From Malacoraja senta (taxonomy: Eukaryota), in the NCBI GenBank assembly GCA_038087875.1, contig CM075998.1:5148001-5212000 (forward strand): a stretch of DNA of 64,000 nucleotides, read 5' to 3'. Shown here piece by piece: positions 23,386 through 36,884 of the stretch; within the stretch, counting starts at the first letter, position 1, and the number at the start of each line of letters is the position of its first letter. Made by a program: the position numbers and the translations under genes. The notes under the pieces were generated by a model that saw nothing but the letters and a program-made list of their open reading frames with translations, was not told where the DNA came from and searched no databases.

Positions 23386-25978
23386 AGAAACATAGAAAAC
23401 AGGAGGAGGCCATTTGGCCCTTCGAGCCAGCACCGCCATTCATTGTGATCATGGCTGATCGTCCCCAATCAGTACCCCGTTCCTGCCTTCTCCCCATATC
23501 CCTTGATTCCACTAGCCCCTAGAGCTCTATCTAACTCTCTTTTTAATCCATCCAGTGACTTGGCCTCCACTGCCCTCTGTGGCAGGGAATTCCACAAATT
23601 CACAACTCTCTGGGTGAAAACGTTTTTTCTCATCTCAGTTTTAAATGGCCTCCCCTTTATTGTTAGATAGTGGCCCCTGGTTCTGGACTCGCCCAACATT
23701 GGGAACATTTTTCCTGCATCTAGCCTGTCCAGTCCTTTTATAATTTTATACATTTCTATAAGATACCCTCTCATCCTTCTAAATTCCAGTGAATACAAAC
23801 CGAGCCACTCCATTCTCTCAGCATATGACAGTCCCGCCATCCCGGGGATTCACCTCGTGAATCTACGGTGCACTGCCTCAATAGCAAGGATGTCCTTCCT
23901 CAAATTAGGAGACCAAAACTGCACACAATACTCCAGGTGTGGTCTCACTAGGGCCCTGTACAACTGCAGAAAGACCTCTTTCCTCCTACAGTATATTCAA
24001 ATCCTCTTGTTTTGAAGGCCAACATGCCATTCGCTTTCTTCACTGCCTGCTGTACCTGCATGCTTACTTTCATTGACTGATGAACAAGGACCCCCAGATC
24101 CCGTTGTACTTCCCCTTTTCCCAACTTGACACCATTTAGATAGTAATCTGCCTTCCTGTTTTTGCTACCAAAATGGATAACCTCACATTTATCCACATTA
24201 AACTTCATCTGCCATGCATCTGTCCACTCACCCAACCTGTCCAAATCACCCTGCATTCTCATAGCATCCTCCTCACAGTTCACACTGCCACCCAGCTTTG
24301 TGTCATCTGCAAATTTGCTAATGTTACCTTTAATCCCTTCATCTAAATCATTAATGTATATTGTAAACAGCTGCGGTCTCAGCACCGAGCCTTGCGGTAC
24401 CCCACTAGTCACTGCCTGCCATTCTGAAAGGGACCCATTAATCCCTACTCTTTGTTTCCTGTCTGCCAACCAATTTTCTATCCATGTCAGTACCCTACCC
24501 CCAATACCATGTGCTCTAATTTTGCCCAATAATCTCCTATGTAGGACCTTATCAAATGCTTTCTGAAAGTCCAGGTACACTACATCCACGTGCCCATTTT
24601 CCTAGTTACATCCTCAAAAAATTCTAGAAGATTAGTCAAGCATGAGTTCCCCTTCGTAAATCCATGCTGACTCGGACCGATCCTGTTACTGCTATCCAAA
24701 TGTGCGGCTATCTCATCTTTTATAATTGACTCCAGCATCTTCCCCACCACCGATGTCAGGCTAACTGGTCTATAATTCCCTGTTTACTCTCTCGCTCCTT
24801 TCTTGAAAAGTGGGATAACATTAGCTACCCTCCAATCCACAGGAACTGATCCTGAATCTATAGAACATTGCAAAATGATCACCAAAGTGTCCATGATTTC
24901 GAGAGCCACCTCCTTCAGTACCCTGGGATGCAGACCATCAGGCCCTGGGGATTTATCAGCCTTCAGTCCCATCAGTCTACCCAATACTACTTCTCACCTA
25001 ATGCAAATTTCTTTCAGTTCCTCTACCCCCTTAGATCCTCTGTCCTCCAGTATATCTGGGAGATTGTTTGTGTCTTCCTTAGTGAAGACAGAACCAAAGT
25101 AGCTGTTCAACTCTTCTGCCATTTCCTTGTTCCCCATAATAATTGCACCTGTGTCTGCCTTCAAGGGACCTACATTTGTCTTTACTAATCTTTTTCTCTT
25201 AATATACCTAAAGAAGTTTTTACTGTCCTGCTTTATATTCCTGGCGAGCTTACCCTTGTACTTCATCTTTTCATCCTGTATTGCCCTTATTGTTACCTTC
25301 TGTTGTCCTTTGAAAGTTTCCCAATCCCGCTACTTCCCGCTACTCTTTGCTGTGTTATGCACCTTTTCTTTTAGTTTTATTCCATCCCTAACTTCTCTTG
25401 TCAGCCACGGTTGCCTCTTACTCCCCTTAGAATCTTTCTTCCACTTTGGAATGAAATGATCGTGCGTCTTCCGGATTATGCCCAGAAATTCCTGCCATTG
25501 CTGTTCCACCGTCATTCCTGCTAGGATCCCTTTCCAGTCTACCTTGGCCAGCTCCTCTCTCATGCCTTCATAGTCCCCTTTGTTCAACTGCATCACTGAC
25601 ACTTCCGATTTAACCTTCTCCTTCTCAAATTGCAGATTAAAACTTATCATATTATGATCACTACCTCCTAATGGTTCCTTTACCTTGAGTTCCTTTATTA
25701 AATCTGGTTCATTGGACAACACTAAATCCAGAATTGCCTTTTCTCTGGTAGGCTCCAGTACAAACTGCTCTAAGAATCCATCTCGGAGGCACTCTTCAAA
25801 CTCCCATTCTTGGGGTCCAGAACCAACCTGATTTTCCCAGTCAACCTGCATATTGAAATCTCCCATAACCACAGTGGCATTACCTTTGCTACATGCCAGT
25901 TTTAACTCCTGCTGCAACTTACACCCTACATCCGGGCTACTATTTGGGGGCCTGTAGATAACTCCCATTAGTGTCTTC
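23386..25978 (-). mobile_element. 5'-truncated CR1 (APE C-terminal part, RT and 3' UTR) inserted in a SINE tail
   Basis: ORFs 25330-26073 (YRPPN, GDFN, SDHN endonuclease motifs), 24994-25266, 24784-24984, 23948-24589 (PQGSVL, FADD) and 23469-23840. The SINE tail breaks at 23385 and resumes at about 26068. Confidence 0.92.
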
Positions 25979-27204
25979 TTAATGGACGTTATCCACAGGC
26001 CCCCAAACAGTAACCTGAACATAGGGTGCAAGTTGCAGCAGGAGTTAAAATTGGCATGTAATTGACATTCCATGCTGAATCTCTAAACTAAACTAAAAAA
26101 TGTTGGCAAGTTCTCTTACTCTTCTCTAATGTCTGTGCAGATGCAACCCTGATTAGTGTTTTTATTTAAATTCTGCCCTCGTAGTAGTCTTTCTAACGAC
26201 TTTCGAATGATTGTGCAATAAATTTTCCCCTTAACTTTAATATTCTTCCAAAAATGATTTTCCCACAGTACTTATTTTTTTTTAAATTTGATGTTTCTAA
26301 ATTGAACTCGGAAACCCTTTTGCCTTTTATAGTATTCTCCTCCCCATTTGTGGTTTCCGAATCTTCTAAATGGGTAAGCACGGTGGGGCAGCGGTAGAGT
26401 TGCTGCCTCACAGCGCCAGAGACCCGGGTTCCATCCCGACTACGGGTGCTGTCTGTACGGAGTTTGTACCTTCTCCCCGTGACCTGCGTGGGTTTTCTCC
26501 AGGTGCTCCGGTTTCCTCCCACACTTCAAAGACGTACAGGTTTGTAGGTTAATTGGCTTGGTATAATTGTAAATTGTCCCTAGTGTGTGTAGGATGGTGT
26601 TAGTGTGAGGGGATAGCTGGTCGGCGCGGACCGAAGGGCCTGTTTCTGCGCTGTATCTCTAGGCTAAACTAAACTATCCATGTACCTGCCTCACCTCCTC
26701 TGGCAGTTTGTTCCATACACCCACCACCCTCAAACTAAACTAAATCAATATATCTGTCCCCACCGATCTTCCCATCTTCCCACACCGATCTTTGTGCCTT
26801 AACAGACACTTGAATCTTTTTCTTTCGCCACTTCACTGAAAATGTCATTTTCTGTTTCGTCCTTGCCAAGTTGTACAAAATATTTGCCAGCGTTGAACTG
26901 CCGATCTCTCCATTCCCGTCTCCCCTTTTGATCCTCGTACTCCAGTCCCACTTTGGCATCGACATCATCTGGTTAGATGTGGAGGAAGGAACTGCAGATG
27001 CTGGTTTTAATCACTCTGAGAATCAGGCCCAGCGCAAATTGGAGGAACAGCACCTCGTATTTCCCTTGGGCAGTTTACACCCCAGTGGGATGAACATTGA
27101 CTTCTCCAACTTCAAATAGCCCTGGCTTTCCCTCTCTCTCCATCCCTTCCCCCTTCCTAGTTCTCCCACCAGTCTGACTGTCCCTGATTACATTTTATCT
27201 CTGT

Positions 27205-27780
27205 TATCCCAAACAGTCTTTCCAGGTGAGACAGAGGTTCACCTGCACCTCCTCCAACCTCATCTACTGCATCCGCTGCTCTAGATGTCAACTGCTCTAC
27301 ATCGGCGAGACCAAGCGTAGGCTTGGCGATCGCTTCGCCCAACACCTCCGCCCAGTTCGCACTGGCCTATCTGATCTCCCGGTGGCTCAGCACTTCAACT
27401 CCCCCTCCCATTCCGAATCCGTCCTTTCTGTCCTGGCCCTCCCCCATTGCCAGAGTGAGGCCCAGCGCAAATTGGAGGAGCAGCACCTCATATTCCACTT
27501 GGGTAGTTTGCACCCCAGCGGTATGAACATTGACTTCTCCAATTTCAGAAAGTCCTTGCTTTCTCCCTCCTTCCCCTCCCCCTTCCCATCTCTCCCACAA
27601 GCCTACTGTCTCCGCCTCTTCCTTTCTTCTTCCCGCCCCCCCGACATCTGTCTGAAGAAGGGTCTTGACCCGAAATGTCGCCTATTCTTTCTCTCTATAG
27701 ATGCTGCCTCACCCACTGAGTTTCTCCAGCATTTTTGTCTACCTTTGATTTTTCCAGCATCTGCAGTTCTTTCTTAAACA
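27205..27780 (+). mobile_element. Penelope-like element, GIY-YIG endonuclease C-terminus and terminal repeat
   Basis: QRFTCTSSNLIYCIRCSRCQLLYIGETKRRLGDRFAQH...HFN...EEQHLIFHLGSLHPSGMN, followed by a CTGAAGA...GAAA hammerhead-like motif at 27652-27679. Confidence 0.9.
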
Positions 27781-27947
27781 TTTTATCTCTGTTAGCTTTG
27801 TTCCCATCTTCTCCTAGCTAACAATGATCTATTCTACATTTTCCTTGATCTCCACCCACCTTGATGTCTCGTTCTCACGCCCTTCCTTATCTCTGTATCT
27901 CCCCCTCACCTGACTCTCAGTCTGAAGAAGGGTCTCGACCTGAAACT

Positions 27948-28622
27948 GCAGTCCTACTGCAGTTGTACAGGGCCCTGGAGAGACCGCACCTGGAGTATTG
28001 TGGGCAATTTTGGTCTCCTAATTTGTGGAAGGACATTATTGCTATTGAGGGAGTGCAGCGCAGGTTCACCAGGTTAATTCCCGGGATGGCGGGACTGACA
28101 TATGATGAAAGAATGGGTCGACTGGGCTTGTATTCACTGGAATTTAGAAGGATGAGAGGGAATCTAATAGAAACCTGTAAAATTCTTAAAGGATTGGACA
28201 GGCTAGATGCAGGAATTTTTTTCCTGATGTTGGGGGAGTCCAGAACCAGGGGTCACAGTTTAAGAATAAGGGGTCGGCCATTTTGGACTGAGATGAGGAA
28301 AAAGTTCTTCACCCAGAGAGCTGTGAATCTGTGAAATTCTCTGCCGCAGAAGGCAGTGGAGGCCAATTCACTGGATGTTTTTAAGAGAGATGTTTAAGAA
28401 AGAAATGCAGATGCTGAAAAAAATCGAAGGTAGGCAAAAAATGCTGGAGAAACTCAGTGGGTGAGGCAGCATCTATGGAGAGAAGGAATAGGCGACGTTT
28501 CGGGTCGAGACCTTTCTTCAAACCCTTTTTCAAGAGAGAGTTAGATTTAGGGGTTAAAGGAATCGAGGGATATGGGGAAAATGTAGGAACGGGGTACTGA
28601 TTTTAGATGATAAGCCATGATG
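27948..28622 (+). mobile_element. CR1 3' fragment with a Penelope terminal segment inserted at about 28391-28525
   Basis: [16 protein letters not shown]... The insert is flanked by TTTT(T/C)AAGAGAGA on both sides. Confidence 0.85.
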
Positions 28623-28802
28623 TACTAGTGGCCAGAGGACCGAGGGTGATGGAGGAACTGAAGGAAATTCATATTAGGCAGGAAATGGTGTTGGGTAGAC
28701 AGTTTGAAGGCTGATAAATCCCTAAGGCCTGATGGTCTGCATCCCAGGATACTTAAGGAGGTGGCTCTGGAAATCGTGGACGCATTGGTGATTATTTTCC
28801 AA

Positions 28803-30311
28803 TCTATATTACTAAACGTCTGATCTTGACCACATCTTGTTGTTCTGTATATTTATTTTAGAAAAAACTCTGCCACGTATGGCTGTGATTTTTGGCCATC
28901 TTACTCAGAGTCCCCCTCCGCTGCGCAGGACAAGAGGATTTTTCCAATCGCTGAAAAATAAAAGAGTTATTAGTGTTTAAAAAATGTTGAGATTCTCTCT
29001 CCTGAAGGCCACACCCCTTCCGGAGTGACTATAAAACCCGGAAGTGTTGAGTGCCTCAGTCAGTCTCTGCAAGATGGGGGAGGCGAGAGGGTCACATCTC
29101 TCAGTCTGAGCTGTGAATAACACTGAACACATGTCTACTAAACTAAGAGTGTGGTTTTACTGACCTTGAGTGCCCTTAATGTGGTTTGAAAATGAAAATG
29201 TGGTTGGTTTGAAATAAAGCACAGCAAATGGTTGGTGGTGGTTGGTTTGAACTAAAGCACGATTAAAAGTCTAAACTTGACAACTTCCTGTTTGCACTGT
29301 ATATTGATTTTAGAAAAAATGCTACCACTTACGGCTGCGATTTCTGGCCAATTTACTCAGCCCTCCCCCTCTCAGCTCATCAGGTGCAGAGGATTCTTCC
29401 CATCAACGAAAAATAAAAGTGTTATTAGTGTTTAAAAAATGTTGAGAATCTCTCTCCTGTCAATCACGCCACAAAGGCCACGCCCCTTCCGGTGGGAGGG
29501 GGCAGGGATTATAAAACCCGGAAGTGTGGGTGTGGCTCAGTCTCTGCAAGATGGGAGAGGGAGAGGTCAGGGCTCTGTCTGAGCTGTGAATCAACTGAAC
29601 ACACTGAATGTCTACTGAACAGTGAGTGTGGTGTTTATGTGGTGTTTTGTGTGGTTTTATGGTGGTTTCACCCTGCCTGAAGTGGTATGAAACTGCACTT
29701 GAATTTGGCGGCCTTGCACCCTGCCTGAAGTGGTATGAAACTGCACTTGAATTTGGTGGCCTTGCACCCTGCTTGAAGTGGTCGGAAACTGCACTTGAAT
29801 TTGGTGGCCTTGCACCCTGCTAGAAGTGGTAGGAAACTGCACGGATTTGGTGGACTTGCACCCTGCATGAAGTGGTATGAAACTGCACTTGAATTTGGTG
29901 GACCTGCACCCTGCTTGAAGTGGTATGAAACTGCACTTGAATTTGGTGGCCTTGCACCCTGCTTGAAGTAGTATGAAACTGCACTTGAATTTGGTGGCCT
30001 TGCACCCTGCTTGAAATGGAATTTCAAGGAATAGCCGTGAGTCAACTGCTCGTCCACCAGCCGTGAGTGAGCTGCCAGCACATCAGGCTTGCGTGACTGA
30101 GCTGCCACCCCAAGAATCCATTTGGCCCACAATGTCCATACTAGCCCTCTGGAAACCAGTCCCTTCAGCCCACAATACCCATACTAGCGCTCCAGAAAGC
30201 CCCCCCCCCCACTGGCCACCAATATTGGAATTGGTGGAGAGGTGGAATATTGCGTTGGGGGACCAACCCTCCCGTGTGAACATGGGACCCAATGGGTCCC
30301 ACTTAGTCTAG
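28803..30311 (+). mobile_element. Non-autonomous Helitron
   Basis: 5' TC (TCTATATTACTAAA), 3' CTAG, subterminal hairpin GGGACCC-AAT-GGGTCCC (30284-30300). Inserted between A and T of a CR1 RT (ATTTTCCAA|TATTCTATAGATTCAGG) with no target-site duplication. Contains a 48-bp tandem array at 29669-30018. Confidence 0.9.
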
Positions 30312-31190
30312 TATTCTATAGATTCAGGATCAGTTCCTGTGGATTGGAGGGTAGCTGATGTTATCCCACTTTTTAAGAAAGGAGGGAGAAAGAAAACAGG
30401 GAATTATAGACCAGTTAGCCTGACATCGGTGGTGGGGAAGATGCTGGAGTCAATTATTGGAGTCAAGTTGGGAAAAGGGGAAGTACAATGGGATCTGGGG
30501 GTCCTTGTTCATCAGTCACTGAAAGTAAGCATGCAGGTACAGCAGGCAGTGAAGAAAGCGAATGGCATTTTGGCCTTCATAACAAGAGGAGTTGAGTATA
30601 AGAGCAAAGAGGTCCTTCTGCAGTTGTACAGGGCCCTAGTGAGACCACACCTGGACTATTGGGTGCAGTTTTGGTCTCCAAATTTGAGGAAGGACATTCT
30701 TGCTATTGAGGGAGTGCAGCGTAGGTTCACAAGGTTAATTCCCGGGATGGCTAGACTGTCATATGTTGAAAGAATGGAGAGACATACTTGTACACACTGG
30801 AATTTAGAAGGATGAGGGGATATCTTATTGAAACCTATAAGATTATTAAGGGATTGGACACGCTAGAGGCAGGAAACATGTTCCCATTGTTGGGGGAGTC
30901 CAGAACCAAGGGCCACAGTTTAAGAATAAGGGGTTGGCCATTTAGAACGGAGGAGAGGAAAAATGTTTTCACCCAGAGTTGTGAATCTGTGGAATTCTCT
31001 GCCTCAGAGGGCAGTGGAGGCCAATTCTCTGGATGCTTTCAAGAGAGAGTTAGATAGAGCTCTTAAAGATAGCAGTCAGGGGATATGGGGAGAAGGCAGG
31101 AACGGGGTACTGATTGGGGATGATCAGCCGTGATCACATGGCTGGCTCGAAGGGCCGAACGGCCTACTCCTGCACCTATTTTTCTATGTT
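30312..31190 (+). mobile_element. CR1 ORF2 continuation after the Helitron, with an internal deletion
   Basis: DWRVADVIPLFKKG...NYRPVSLTSVVGKMLESII jumps to GVKLGKGEVQ... (RT core deleted). The upstream part is at about 28630-28802. Confidence 0.88.
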
Positions 31191-33883
31191 GAAGCATCAC
31201 CCATTCCTTCTCTCCAGAGATGCTGCCTGCCCCGCTGAGTCACTCCAGCATTTTGTGTTTATCTCTGGGTTGATGCTTGAGTATTTTTCTTGGGACAGGG
31301 TTCATCCTCAGCCTCTTTTGCTCCTGTAAGTCGTCAAAATATTCTGTGGGAACGATTTGTAAATAAGTAAGGGAGTTGCCCATGGGATTTCAGCCATCGT
31401 TTTGCCATGTGACCAATGTCGGTAAAATGGATTCCATGGTTGTTATCCAGATGCACGGAAGCTTGTGCTTTGCACTTTTTTTTTTTTGCCATAGAACAGC
31501 ACAGCCCAAGAACAGGCCCTTCGGCCCACAATGTCTGTGCCGAACTTGATGCCATGACCAATTCTTATCCACTCGCACGTGATCCATATCCGTCCATTCC
31601 CTACATATCCACGTGCCTATCTAAAAGCCTCTTAAACACCACTATCGTATCTGTCTCCACCACCACCCCTGGCAGCGCGTTCCAGGCACCCACCACCCTC
31701 TGTGTAAAAAAAACCTGCCCCACACATCTCCTTTAAACTTTCCCCCTCTCACCTTAAAGCTGCGCCCTCTAGTGGACATCTCCACCCTGGGGAAAAGGTT
31801 CTGACTGTCTACCCTATCTATGCCTCTCATAATGTTATACACTTCTATCAGGTCTCCCCTCAACCTCCGACGTTCCAGAGAAAACAATCCAAGTCTGTCC
31901 AACCTCTCCCTGTAGCTGAAACCCTCTAATCCCGGCAGCGTTCTGGTAAACCTCCTCTGCACCCTCTCGAAAGCCCCCACATCCTTCCTGTAATGGGGGC
32001 GACCAGAACTGGGTCATGCCTTTCCTTAACATGTTTTCGCATTGTATACTAGCATGTTTTGACATGGTCTGTGTGCATACATTCCTATTGTTTGTTTGTG
32101 TGTGTGTGTGGAATAGGTGGTGTAGACTTGATGGGCTGAATGGCATAGTTCTGCTCCTATCACTTATAGATAGGGGCGGCAATGGTGGCGCAGCGGTAGA
32201 GTTGCTGCCTTGCAGCGCTTGCAGCGCCAGAGACCCGGGTTCGATCCTGCCTCCGGGTGCTGTCTGTACGGAGTTTGTACCTTCTCCCCGTGACCTGCGT
32301 GGGTTTTCTCCGGGTGCTCCGGTTTCCTCCCACACTCCAAAGACGTGCAGGTTTGTAGAATAATTGGCTTGGTATAAGTGTAAATTGTCCCTAGTGTGTG
32401 TGGGATAGTGTTAGTGTGCGGGGATCGCTGGTCGGCACGGACCCGGTGGGCCGAAGGGCCTGTTTCCACGGTGTATCTCTGATCTAAACTGATAACAAAG
32501 GGCCGCAACATACGCCCAGTGCAGATCATATTTCTATCCTGTCAGCCAGCTAACCATGTATTCAGCCAGCCACTTTATTAATATTACAAAGCTTAACTGT
32601 TGTGACAAATTAGATCTAGTTGTGTAAATGAAAATCCTCGCATTGACAATTGCACATTGATAGCCCATAATTTGCCCCACTACATATTGTTATATTTAAA
32701 GTAGATGCCTGTATGCTCCAATATCTTCACTCCAGGTGCTTTCAAATGTTCTCCGAGGTCTAGACAGAGTGGGTGTGGAGAGGATGTTCCACTTGTGGGA
32801 GTGTCGAGGACCAGAGGGCGCAGCCTCAGAATAAAAGGAGGTACCTTTCGAATGGAGAGGAGGATGAATTTCTTCAGCCAGAGGGTGGTGAATCAGTGGA
32901 ATTCATTGCCACAGCCGGCTGTGGAGGCCAAGTCATTGGGCATTGTAAAGCGGAGATTGACAGGTTCTTGATTAGCAAGGATGTGAAGTGTTACGGGGGT
33001 GGGGTGGGGGGGGGGGCAAGGCCAGGAGAATGGGGTCGAGAGGGAAAGATAGTTCAGCCATGATTGAATGGCGGAGCAGACTTGATGGGCCGAATGGCCT
33101 AATTCTGCTCCAATACCGTGTGAATTTTATGAACAAGCAGAATGGGCGGCACGGTGGCGCAGCGGTAGAGTTGCTGCCTCACAGCGCCGGAGACCCGGGT
33201 TCCATCCCGACTCCGGGTGCTGTCTGTACGGAGTTTGTACGTTCTCCCCGTGACCCGCATGTGTTTTCTTTGAGATCTTCCATTTGAAACTAAATGAACA
33301 ATGCAGAACCTTCATGTAATGTGCTCTAAGTCAGTTATGGATTGGAGGAGACTTTAGTTAGCGATACTGGAATTGCTAGTTGGATATTATAATTGTTAGT
33401 TAATATTTTATCCAAATATAGAAACATAAGAAAAAGAATAGTACAAGAGAAAAAAACACAAAGATGTTAATCGCAAATTGTTCTCCCACTATCTTCTCCT
33501 CTACGAATATCTAACACCAAGGAGTGGCACGGTGGCGCAGCGGTAGAGTTGCTGCCTTACAGCACTTGCAGCGCCAGAGATGTGGGTTCGATCCCGACTA
33601 CGGGTGCTGTCTGTATGGAGTTTGTACGTTCTCCTCATGACCTGCGTGGGTTTTCTCCGAGGTCTTCGGTTTCCTCCACACTCCAAAGACGTGCTGGTTT
33701 GTAGGTTAATTGGCTTGGGTTTGTATACTCGGTATAAGTGTAAATTGTCCCGTGGTGTGTGTAGGATAGTGTTAGTGTGCGGGGGGGATCGCTGGTCGGC
33801 ACGGACTCGGTGGGCCGAAGGGCCTGTTTCTGCACGGTATCTCTAAACGAAACGAAACTGAAACCGAGTTGAACTCCAGAAAG

Positions 33884-33925
33884 GACCAGTCTGAAGAAGA
33901 GTCTCGACCCGAAACGTCACCCATT
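33884..33925 (+). ncRNA. Penelope-associated minimal hammerhead ribozyme motif
   Basis: CTGAAGA (33891-33897), stem II (AGAGTCTCGACCC, one mismatch), GAAAC-GTC with a palindromic ACGT stem III. Confidence 0.55.
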
Positions 33926-35254
33926 CCTTCTCTCCAGAGATGGTGAGTCCCGCTGAGTTCCTCCAGCATTTTGTGTCCACCTCCGGAAGGGAAACTTGAT
34001 TCAAAGTTGATTATGGAGCAATAGCGTTTGTGAAAAGCAAGTTGACCTTTGGTAGATCAATAGGTTTTACATGTGATGTTGAGGAAGGGAATGTGTGTGT
34101 GACTTTAACACCCTGGGAGCTGACGTTTGGATTCGGAGTTCAAAGTCTTCAAATCGAAGCTACAGCTGCCTTGAACTTGTTGACTTGCACTCCTTAATGA
34201 AGAGAGGGTGTGGTTAAGGTTGTGCGAGTGTGGGCAGATGGGCCGAGAGTTCAGAGATCCAGCATGGAGACAGCCCCTTTGGTCGGTGCCGAGCATCGAT
34301 CATCCGTTCACCCACTAGTTCAACGTTATCCCACTTTCTCATCCACTCCCTACACACCAGGGGGGCAATTTGCAGAGGGGCCGATTAACCCGCAAACCCG
34401 CACGACTTTGGGACGTGGGGGCACCCGGAGGAAACCCACGCAGTCACGGGGAGAACGGGCAAACTCCACGCAGACTGCACCCAAGGTCAGGATTGAACCC
34501 GGGTCTCTGGCGCTGTGAGGCAGCAGCTCCACCCGCCGCGCCGCCGTGTGCCGCCCCTTTCTGAATGTTTCCTGGAGGGGGTGAGTTGTTGAAGGGTTGT
34601 ACGCACGTTGTTCCTCACCAATACACTGAGAGGTTGTTTTAGATGTCTGTCAAGTGGATCTCCATGCCCTCTGGAAACAACACACAGGGTCACAGGGTGT
34701 GTGGGAAGGAACTGCAGATGCTGGTTTAAACCGCAGGTAGACACAAAAGTGCTGGAGTAACTCGGCGGAACAGGCAGCATCTCTGGAGAGAAGGAATGAG
34801 TGACGATTCGGGTCGAGACCCTTCTTCAGACTCGACCCGAAACGCCACCCATTCCTTTTCTCCAGAGGCGCTGCCTGTCCCGCTGAGTTACTCCAGCTTC
34901 CTGTGTCTAATCACAGGGACACAGAAGCGGTTTGAGAGACAGGAGGAGTGGAGCAGCCAGCTAAACCTGTGTTGCCTGTCAATGCTTGCTTTGCTGACAC
35001 TTAACTCTGAAATGAAGCATGGTGTTCAGAGCAAGATGCAAACGCTGGGTAGCACTGAGGAACCCAAGCACGATTTTAATGTCTTTAGAAAATTAGAAAG
35101 AAAGATATTCAACTGGTTTGGGTAGAGCTGGACAATGCGCATTCGGGTTGAGTAGACACAAGGAACTGCAGCTGCTGATTTGCAAAAGAAAAGACACAGA
35201 GTGCTGGAGTAACTCAGCGGGTCAGGCAGCATCTGTGGAGAACATGGATGGGTG

Positions 35255-36340
35255 ATCCAAGGAGCAATAGCTGAATGGATAGCAAATTGGCTCCATGGAA
35301 GCAGAGGGTGATGGTGGAAGGTTGCTTCTCAGACTGGAGGCCTGTGACTACTGGTGTGCCTCAGGGTTCGGTGCTGGGCCCGTTACTGTTTGTCATCTAC
35401 ATCAATGATTTGGATGAGAACATACAGGGCAAGATTAGCAAGTTTGCTGATGATACAAAAGTGGGTGGTTTTGCAGATAGTGAAGATGGTTGTGAACGAT
35501 TGCAGCAGGATCTGGATCGATTGGCCAGGTGGGCGGAGGAATGGTTGATGGAATTTAATACAGAGAAGTGTGAGGTGTTGCATTTTGGGGCGTTGAACAA
35601 GGGCAGGACCTACACAGTAAATGGTCGGCCTCTGGGTAGTGTTGTAGAGCAGAGGGATCTAGGAGTACAGGTGCATGGTTCCTTGAAGGTCGAGTCGCAG
35701 GTAGATAAGGTGGTCAAAAAGGCTTTTGGCACTTTGGCCTTCATCAGTCAGAGTATTGAGTATAGAAGTTGGGAGGTCATGTTGCAGTTGTACAAGACGT
35801 TGGTGAGGCTGCATTTAGAATATTGTCTTCAGTTCTGGGCACCATGTTATAGGAAAGATATTGTCAAGCTTGAAAGAGTTCAGAGAATATATCCGAGGAT
35901 GTTGCCAGGACTAGAGGGTGTGAGCTATAGGGAGAGGTTGAGCAGGCTGGGTCTCTATTCCTTGGAGCGCAGGAGGATGAGGGGTGATCTTATAGAGATG
36001 TATAAAATCATGAGAGGAATAGATGGGTAGATGCACAGAGTAGGGGAATCGAGGACCAGAGGACATAGATTCAAGGTGAAGTGGAAAAGATTCAATAGGA
36101 ATCTGAGGGGTAACTTTTTCACACAAAGGGTGGTGGGTGTATGGAACAAGTTGTCAGAGGAAGTAGTTGAGGCTGTGACTATCCCAACGTTTAAGAAACA
36201 GTTAGACAAGTACATGGATAGGACAGGTTTGGAGGGATATGGACCAAGCGCAGGCAAGTGGGACTAGTGTAGCTGGGACATGTTGGCCGGTGTGGGCAAG
36301 TTGGGCCGAAGGGCCTGTTTCCACACTGTATCGCTCTATG
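35255..36340 (+). mobile_element. CR1 (second subfamily), RT to 3' end
   Basis: ORF 35275-36030 with GVPQGSVLGP and KFADDTK; 3' UTR ends in CCTGTTTCCACACTGTATCGCTCTATGA. Confidence 0.92.
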
Positions 36341-36884
36341 AATCTCACGTGCTTTGATTCTGAGGCTATGACCCCTAGTCCTAGACTCTCCTACTAGTGG
36401 AAACATCCTCTCCACATCCACTCCTAGCCTTTCACTATTCTGTACGTTTCAATGCGTCCCCCCCCCCATTCTTGTAAACTCCAGCGAGTACAGGCCCAGT
36501 GCTGTCAAACGCTCATCATATGTTAACCCACTCATTCCTGGGATCGTTCATTGAAATGTCTTCAAACATACAAAATAATTTTCAGTATTTAAGCCTATTC
36601 ACTTAAACTTTGGATTCTCATCTCTGGTAATATTGACTTTGATATTTAAAAAAAATCTTGTATCCCCAAAAATCAAACATCATGTTAGGATAGCATTAGG
36701 TCAATCCCAAAGACGTGGGAGTTTGTAGCTTAATTGCCCCTCTGTAGATTGCCCCCTAGTGTGTAGGGAGTGGATGAGAAAGTGGGATAACACGGAACTA
36801 GTGTAGGAACGGGTGATCGGTGGTCAGCAAGATCTCGGATGGGCCGAATGGCCTCATTTCGTGTTATATCTCGAAAAATGAATA

